Source: the human T2T-CHM13v2.0 reference genome, Homo sapiens. Taken from it: a stretch of DNA of 64,000 bases. A program made the position numbers and the translations under genes. The stretch is from NCBI RefSeq assembly GCF_009914755.1, contig NC_060930.1. One strand, written 5' to 3'. The notes under the pieces are model-generated. The model had not been told where the DNA came from. It searched no databases and saw only the letters and a list, made by a program, of their open reading frames with translations. Shown piece after piece: positions 55,780 through 64,000 of this stretch (position 1 is its first letter; each line of letters starts with the position of its first letter).

Positions 55780-58700
55780 ATGGCAAAAATAGAAAACAAA
55801 TAACAGTACAGTAGACTTAAAAATAAACAAATAATTATACTATGTATAAATTAAATAAAATGCAATGATTATCTTAATAGCATTTTAGCCTACATAGGAT
55901 GTTTGTAAAAATTACACTTTAATTATAAAAACAAAATCCAGTTGAAACTAAAAGTATAGAAAATCATATATGCCATGACTTGCAAATACTAAAAATTAGA
56001 AAGCTGATGTGGTCATATTAATATCAGAAAAAGTAGACTTACAAGCCAAATATATTAATAGAGATAAAGAAGTATAATGCTTGCTGATAAAAAGGATAAA
56101 TTCAATAGGAAGATATAAAAATGTACCTGATAAAAGAGTTTAAAAATACATGAATTAAAAACTGACAGAACTAAATGGAATAAATAGATAAATTCACAAT
56201 CATAAGTGGAGATTTTAACAACCATGTCTTAGTAATTAATGTAATAAGTAGGAAAAAATTAGTAAGGATATAGATTTAAATAACCCTGTCAATCAAATTG
56301 GTCACATTAATATTTACCAAATATGAAGCCCAACACTATTAAATACACATTTTTTTTTAAGTACACATGGAAAATTCACCAAGAAGAGCCATATGCTGGA
56401 TGTCTAGAAATGTCAATAAATTTCAAAAAACGGAAGTTTTATAAAATATGTCTTCTGACTATAATGAAAATGAAATTCAGTACTAATAAGATATCTGAAA
56501 AATCCATAAATAATGGAAATTAAACACACACTTAAATATCTTAAAAATTCAAGAAAAAATTACAGTGAAAATTAGAAAACATTTTAAAGCAATGAAAATA
56601 AAAAGACAATACATCAAAATTTGTTGAATGCAAAGTAGTGCTTAGAAGGAAATATATATCATCCAATGCTATTAGAAAAGAACAAAAGTTTAAAATCGTT
56701 ATCTAAGTTTTCTCAGGTTTGAAAAGAAAAACAAATTAAATCAAATTAATAAGAGAAAGAAGACAACATATATAAGAGCAGTTGTAAATGAAATACCAAA
56801 CAATAAATAAATTTAACAAAGCCAAAATATTCTTCTTTGAATTAACCTTACATGAATAAATTCTTAGCAAAATTGAATGGGGAAAAAGAGATGAAGCACA
56901 AATGATCAATACTGGCTATAAAAGACAGAAATATTGTCAAAACCTCAGCTGTTGAGAGGATAACAAGGGCCAAATATGAACAATTGATAATTTGTTCTAA
57001 AAGGCAATTTAATAATACTGGAGAGGTAATAACATGTGACTAGTTCAATAGCTGTTAAAAATTGAATTTATAATATGAATACCAAAAAGAAAACACCATG
57101 CCCAAGTCATTTTACAAGATGAGTTCTATCAAATATTAAAAATAAATCAATTTTGCAGGCACTTTCACAATACAGAAGAGGAGAAAATAACTTCTCAGCT
57201 TGTCTTATGAGGTTAGCATAACCCTGATAATAAAATCTGAAAAGTAATTAATTACAATAATTCTAATAACCATAAAAAATTAATTACAAGCCAATAATCC
57301 TAATAAACATGATGTAACTATCATCATAAAGTATTAGAAATTAGAATTTAGCAATATATAAGGAGCTTAATATATCATGATCAAGTAAGATTTGTCCCTA
57401 AAATGCAACATTAGTTCAATATTTGAAAATCAATTAAGTTATTCAACCATATTAATCTAATTAGGGATATAAATTATATGATTAACTCAATATATACAAT
57501 AAATTATGTGATTAACTCAATAAATACAATAAATTATTTGATAATGTTTAAAATGTTGGAAAGCTGAAATCAAAACTGTCTTTACTGGTATATGACATAT
57601 TGTCTACATAGGACATATCAAGAAATCAATAAAAGCTCATTAAATTTGTTAAGCAACAAGGTTGAAGAATATAAGCTTCATATAAAAAATAATTTCTATT
57701 TTGATAAGCTCACACAAACAATTGGTAAATAAAACTTAACAAATTTTTATTTACAATAGTGTAGAGGGACTCTAGACTGCAAGCTACAAAACATCATTGA
57801 GATAAACTAAAATGTGTCAAATAAATGAAGAAATATGACAAATTTATGAACTAGAGATACTAATTTTCCCAATATTGTTACATAGATTAACATAATCACA
57901 AACCTAACACCTAGCATGGTTTTAATGTATAGAATTTGACAAACTGATTTTAAAATTATTGGGAATTTCAAGAGACCTTAAACAGCAAAATCAGTGTTGC
58001 AAAAAATAAAAATAACAAAGTTTGCGAACTCACCTTATTTGATTTCAAGGCTTCTCATAATTTGGTAATACTCAAGACTGTGTGATAGTGGTATAAAGAT
58101 AGAAAAAGAAAGTAATGGAACAGTTTATAGAATCAAGCAGTAAATAAACATATGCATAATAATTTTATTTATACTAATAGCCAAAATGATTACAAAGAAA
58201 AGAAATAATGTTTTCAACAAATGGTGCTGAATCAGCTAGGTATGGTTGATTAACTATAACTTAACCCTAAAATAACGTCATACACAAAAATTAATTTTAA
58301 GTGGATAATAGACAACATAAATCACAATCTGTTAAATTTTTAAGAAAGAAGTTAGAAGAAAACATCATGACCTTGGATTAGGCAAATATTTCTTAACTCA
58401 TATGCAAATGGAAAAAGTAATAAATTAAACTTCATCAAAATTTTAAAATTCTATTTCAAAACCACCATTAAAAAATGAAATGGTATTCTATAAATTGGAA
58501 AAAAAACATATCCGGTATACACATCTGAGAAAGGTCTTGTATCCAGACTACATAAAAAACCTTTTTAACTCAATAAGAGAAACAGAACTATTTTAAAAAT
58601 GGGCAAAAATCTTAAATTGACACAAAAGAAGACATTTGAATGGACAATAAGTAAATGGAAAGATGCTTAACATTTGTAGCCATCAAGAAAATGCAAATTA

Positions 58701-59365
58701 AAACTACAATGAGATTCAATTTCACACTCATTTGAATGAATAGCAGTAAAAATATTGGCAATATCAAATGCTAGCTAGGATGTGGAGCAGCTGTTAACTC
58801 ATATTATTATAGCCAGTGTTAAATGGTACTGTCACTTTGGTAATGTTTTAAGAGTTAAATGTATGCCTAGCCTAATCTTCAACAGTTCTATTTCTAGCTA
58901 CTTATCCTAGAGAAATGAAAACACAAGCCTTCAAGAAGTTATGCACACTGTTTAGAAAAGCTGTATTTATAATAGAAAAAAAGTGGAAACATCTCAAATG
59001 TCCATCAGCAGATGTATTAGAAAACAAATTGTGGCAGGTTCGCACAATGGAATGCTAATCAGGATAAAAATGATTAAATTGCCAATATAGCCAACAGAAT
59101 AAGTAAACCTGAAAGAAAAAAATTGCTTACTGTATGAATTTATTCGTGTAAGGTTTTAGAAAAGGTAAAACCTACGTTGGATCAATTAGCTTAGGAAGCG
59201 GGGAGATATTAATTGTAAAGGGAAATGAGGGAGCTTTTATTCTATATCTTGATTAGTGTGGGGCTACACAGATGAGTTGATTTGTCAAACCAACCCAACT
59301 GTACAATTAAACTTTGTAAATGTTATTATCTGTACATTTTACCTCGATATAGTTGATTTTAAATT
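55780..59365 (+). mobile_element. Ancient L1ME/MD-type ORF2 to 3'UTR
   Basis: Collinear degraded ORF2 motifs ('atatcagaaaaagtagactt', 'ttttcaacaaatggtgctg', 'gaaaatgcaaattaaaactacaatgaga') and an L1ME-like 3' end. Confidence 0.8.
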
Positions 59366-59491
59366 ATTATTTTAAATGGGAAAGAATATTTGCATAAAAT
59401 TAATTTGTATCTTCAATGAATAAGAATGAAACTAGAAGTGAAACATAGAAGAGATTATCAGCATCAATTTTTAAGTGGCAAACAGTATGTT

Positions 59492-59832
59492 GTATTAGTC
59501 TGTTCAGGCTGCTATAACAAAATACCATAAACCAGGTCACTTATAAACATAAATTTGCTTCTCACAGCTGCGGAGGCTGGGAGTTCAAGATCAAAGCACC
59601 TACAATTTCATTGTCTGATGAGAGCTCCGACAGTTTATAGATTGCAATCTTTTTGCTCTAACCTGATGTTGTGGAAGAGGCGAGGGATATCTCTGGGGCT
59701 TCTTTTCCATGAGCATTAATCCCATTTATGAGGGCTCTGCCTCATGATCTAATCACCTCCCAAAGGCCTAACCCCTTTTCCTAATATCATTACCTTGGGG
59801 ATTAGAATTTCAACATATAAATTTGGGGGAAT
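59492..59832 (-). mobile_element. MLT1A-like MaLR LTR
   Basis: 'tgtattagtctgttcaggctgctataacaaaatacc...atttcaacatataaatttgggggg'. Confidence 0.8.
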
Positions 59833-60483
59833 ATGAACATTCAGTTCATTGAAGTAGGTGCAATATTAAGATGTAACGATAGCTAAAAGTAAAAGCTCTC
59901 TGTAGTAGAAAGATAAAATTGATTTTTTTAAGCCATTGTTAAAAAAACTGTCTTATAACTAAAGAAAGAAAATGGCTTTAAAAAGCAAACATTTTGTATT
60001 TTCTGTGCTTGTGTCATTACTCCAAAAGAATACCACTTAGAAAAAATTATCACTCCCTAAACTACTTAGAAGTAATAAAATGACATATAAATTCAGTACA
60101 TTCTGTAATCCATCACTATCATTTGTGCCCGAATGCCTTGGTACTTCTAGTATGGTAACATGTAAAGCCAATTGGAATGACAAGGTACTAAGAGATAGTC
60201 TTATGGAGGTTAGGAGAGATGTCAACACAGATAAAAGCACACAGCAGAGCAAGAGCCAAGCCCATAATTTTGCTTTTACTTTTAGAAGAGTTTATTGTTC
60301 ACTTAGTCAACCACGTTTTTTATCAAACTCCTTTTATGTGCTGGGATTTAGCATGTATTGATTTGTTTTAAAAAGTACTTACCCTCAGGGTGCTAACAGT
60401 CTAAGGAGAGACCAGGCAATGCTTTTCTTTAGAGCTAAGTGAGGGTGTTGTTAAGTAAAAGCTAAACATTAATAATTTTTCCC

Positions 60484-60774
60484 AGCTGGGCACTGTGGCT
60501 AACATCTATAATTCCAGCACTTTGGGAAGCTGAGTTGGGCAGATTTCTTGAGGCCAGGAGTTTGAGACCAGCCTGGCCAACATGGTAAAACCCCATCTCT
60601 ACTAAAAGTACAAACATTAGCCAGGTATGGTGGCACACGCCTGTAATCCCAGCTACATCAGGAGGCTAAGCCACAAGAATTGCTTGAACCCAGGAGGCAG
60701 AGGTTGCAATGAGCCAAGGTCACACCATTGCACTCCAGCCTAGGCCACAGAGTGAGACTCTGTTAAAAAAAAAA
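60484..60774 (+). mobile_element. Older Alu (AluJ/Sz-like)
   Basis: Full dimer with heavy CpG decay and an A tail. Confidence 0.9.
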
Positions 60775-60919
60775 TCCCACTAAACTTCAATGGCATTATT
60801 TATTTTTGACATTTTATTCATTCATTTACTGATATATTGATTACTATAGCAAATATTTCAACATTTCACTCCTATGTTCAGGGCTTATCATTCCAAGATG
60901 AAAACCCAGAACCCCTATT

Positions 60920-61133
60920 CAAGTGGTGGCTCTTGATGGGGTCAATTTGCCCAAGAGCACTTTTGAACAGTGTCTGGGGACATTTTTTATCCCTGTAACT
61001 GAAGGACAGAAGATGCTACTGGCATGGAGTAGGTAAAGACTATGATACTGTCAACCTGCTGCAATGAACAGAACAGCCTCTCACAATAATTATCTAGTGT
61101 AAAATGACAACAGTGAAAAAGTTGAGAAAACTT
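60920..61133. mobile_element. MER20 (hAT-Charlie)
   Basis: 'gtgtctggggacattttt...gatgctactggcat...gttgagaaaac'. Confidence 0.7.
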
Positions 61134-61220
61134 ATTATAAGGAGCTCATTATCTGTGAAGAAAGACATGAAATAATTTTAATTCAATCTAAGAAAATTAT
61201 GAAAAGAGGAGTTTGGATGT

Positions 61221-61744
61221 TGTGATAGTTAATTTTATGTGTCAACTTGGCTGGGTCACAGGTTGTCCACATGTGTGACCAAATCTTACTTTGGTTGCCT
61301 TTGTAAGGGTATTTTGGATGAGATGAACATTTAAATTTCATGGACTTCGAATAAAGTACATTGCCCTCCATAATGTGCGTGGGCCTCATTCAAACAGTTG
61401 AAGACCTGAGTGAAACGAGAAGACCAGCCTCCCCTGAGGAAGAGAGAATTGTCTAGCATGCTTCTTTCAGATATCATTTGCAGCATAGGCCTGTACTGGT
61501 TCTATAGAAGACTGCCTTTAGACTCAAACTGGAACATTAGTTCTCCTGGGTCTCCAGCCCACCAGCCTTCATACATTCATACAGCTGCAACATTGGTGTT
61601 CCAGGGTCATTAGCCTGCTGGCCAACCCCACAGATTTTGGAATTACTAACCTCCATAGTCACATGAGTCAATTCCCTGTAAATCTTTTCTATATATGTGC
61701 ACATCCTATTGTTTCTGTTTCTCTGAAGAACTCAGACTAATACA
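61221..61744 (+). mobile_element. MLT2 (C/D-like) ERVL solo LTR
   Basis: 'tgtgatagttaattttatgtgtcaacttggc'...'gactaataca'. Perfect 5-bp TSD gatgt at 61216-61220 and 61745-61749. Confidence 0.88.
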
Positions 61745-61917
61745 GATGTGACAGAGTTGAAGATTTTGAGAAGTGCTTGAAAGAGAGAAGAAAGTTGTGA
61801 ATCTAATAATTGTTTGTACATAAATGGTTCCTAAAATAACCATACAAATGAGATTAAAGGCTTATAATAACAGAAAATTTGAGATATAAACTTTAAAAAT
61901 TAATTTTTATCACTCTT

Positions 61918-62295
61918 AGTGGTAAAGACTGCTGTGCTCATAAGTACCCAAATCCTTTCTTTTAGTTATTAAGTTTTCTGCTGTATTTTAGTGATAATAT
62001 AAGGTGAACATAAATAATAGGTGTCACTTTGGAGACAACACATAAAGCGTATGGTCTATCACACTGACACATTCTTTTCCCTGCTCATGTAGCTAAAAGA
62101 GAGGTAATTCAAGATGGCAGATCACAAAGTGGAAGAAGCCCAATTCTTGCACTCTTTCAGTAGGAGTGCTACCCAGAAGAGTCAACTAACTCAGTATTGA
62201 CTTTCAGTGAACAGAAAAAGAACTCTTCTAGTTTGTTAAGCTTTTAAACTTGTAGTTTTATGCATCACCAAGCATTAGTTATTTTGACTAGTAAA
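61918..62295 (+). mobile_element. MLT1I/J-like LTR
   Basis: Degenerate 'gtggtaaagactgc...ggaagaagccc...gaaaaagaactcttctag'. Confidence 0.45.
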
Positions 62296-62469
62296 ATTAG
62301 TAAGGAAACCTAAGCCTGCCGAAAATCATAAGAGTATCTAAGGTTCCAACATAATCAGAAATCAGAAACATATTTGATATTCTGACTCTTTCTTCAGGAG
62401 TCTTTCCAATATAATGATAACCTGCCAGTAAAACTGTCATATAATTTATTATTTAAACTGTAATTCAAA

Positions 62470-64000
62470 GAGATACTACCAAAAACTTATGGTATAAAAC
62501 AAAGACAGTAACAAGAGAGATGTTTAGAGTTATATACCTACATTTACAAAAAAGAACAATATTAAATAAACAACCTAACTTTGTACTTTAAGCAACTAGA
62601 GAAAGAACAAACTAAACCCAAAGTTATCAAAATGAAGACAATAATTGAGTTTAGAGCAGAAATTAACATGATAGAGTATAGAAAAATAATAAAAAAGATC
62701 AATAAAGCTGAGTTGGTATTTTGAAAAGAACAACATAACTGACAAACTTTTAGTTAAATTAAATAAAGAAAAAAAGACTAATAAATTCAGAAGTGAAAAA
62801 GGAGAAGTTAGAACTGATGCCACAGAAATGAAAAGATTATTAGAAACTATTATAAATGTATGTCAGCAAATTGGATAACATAAAAGACATGAATAAATTT
62901 CCAGAAACAAACAAGTAAAATTGAATTATGAAGAAAAAGAAAGTCTGAGTAGACCTCTACTTAGCAAGAATATTAAATTAGTAAAAAAAAAAAAAATCCC
63001 CAAAATGAAAAGCCTAGGACCAGATGGCTTCATTGGTGAATTCTACTGAACATTCAAAAAGAATTAATGCCAATTTTTCTTAAATTATTTCAAAAAACAT
63101 TTAAGAGGAGAGAACACATCTAAACTCATTTTATGAAGCAAATATAACCTTAATACCAAAGTCGTAAGACATGAAAAGGAGAAAAAAAAAAGTATGCCAT
63201 TTCACAAAGGGAAGAAAAAAAATTTTTTAATAAAAAAAAGTTTTAAAAATGAAACAAAAACTACAAGTCAAAATCCCTGATGAATACAAAAAAATACTCA
63301 GCAAAATAGTAGCAAACAGAATTTAATATCAAATTAAAAAAATCATACACCATGACCATGTGGGGTTTATTCCTGAGATGCAAGAGTAGTTCAACATATG
63401 AAAATCAATTAATTTGATACATCACAATAAAAATAAAGAATCAAAAGAATCACATGATCATCTCAATAGATACAGAAAAGCATGTTACAAAATGTGACAT
63501 CCTTTCATGATAAAAGACACTCAACAAACTAGCCTTAGGAGGAAATTATATGAACATAATAAAGGCTATATATGAAAAGCCCACCACTTAACATATTCGA
63601 TGATAAAAATCTGAAAGCTTTTACTCTCAAATCAGGAACAAAGCTTCTATTCTGAAAACAGTATTACTCTATTCGAAACAGTATTACTCCATTCAAAATA
63701 GTTATAGAAATACCATTCACAGCAACTAGGTCATAAAAAATAAATAAAAGATATTTAAATTGGAAAGAAGAAGAGAAATTATCTCTATTTGCAGAATATA
63801 TAATCTCAAATGCAGAAAACACTGAATATTCTGCAAAAATACTGCTGGAACTAATAAATTCAGCAAAGTTGCAGGATACAAAATCAACGTACAAAAATCA
63901 GTTGTATTTGTATAAACTTATAGCAAACACACTGAAAAGGAAATTGAGAAAACAATTTCATTTGCAATAGTGCAAAAAGAATAAAAATAGATAGGACTCA
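62470..64000 (+). mobile_element. Old L1M (MB/MC) ORF2 fragment running off the window
   Basis: 'aagcctaggaccagatggcttcattggtgaattctac' and 'aaagttgcaggatacaaaatcaac'. Confidence 0.85.

Overview
AT-rich primate genomic DNA, most likely human or another great ape (young L1PA2/3-type LINE-1, AluY). I found no host protein-coding gene, RNA gene or CRISPR array. Roughly two-thirds of the window is interspersed repeat. It holds an old L1MA-type element at the start, a near-complete Tigger4 (Zombi) DNA transposon, and an L1PA15/16-age host carrying a nested full-length L1PA2/3 and a complete THE1 provirus. It also holds a twin-primed (5'-inverted) L1 inside an MST LTR, a pol-less ERV1 provirus (LTR1/HUERS-P2-like, tRNA-Pro PBS), five Alus and many MaLR/MLT2/MER/MIR relics. 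The long ORFs in the track are decayed L1, Tigger, THE1 or gag sequence. The most notable signal is an inverted pair of L1 3' ends about 11.5 kb apart (20745-22036 + and 33556-34853 -). They share many non-consensus substitutions but keep different subfamily-type termini, which points to ectopic gene conversion and makes the interval a candidate NAHR inversion. Subfamily names and consensus comparisons come from recalled consensus sequences by eye and need RepeatMasker/Dfam confirmation. I do not see a convincing new multi-gene system.
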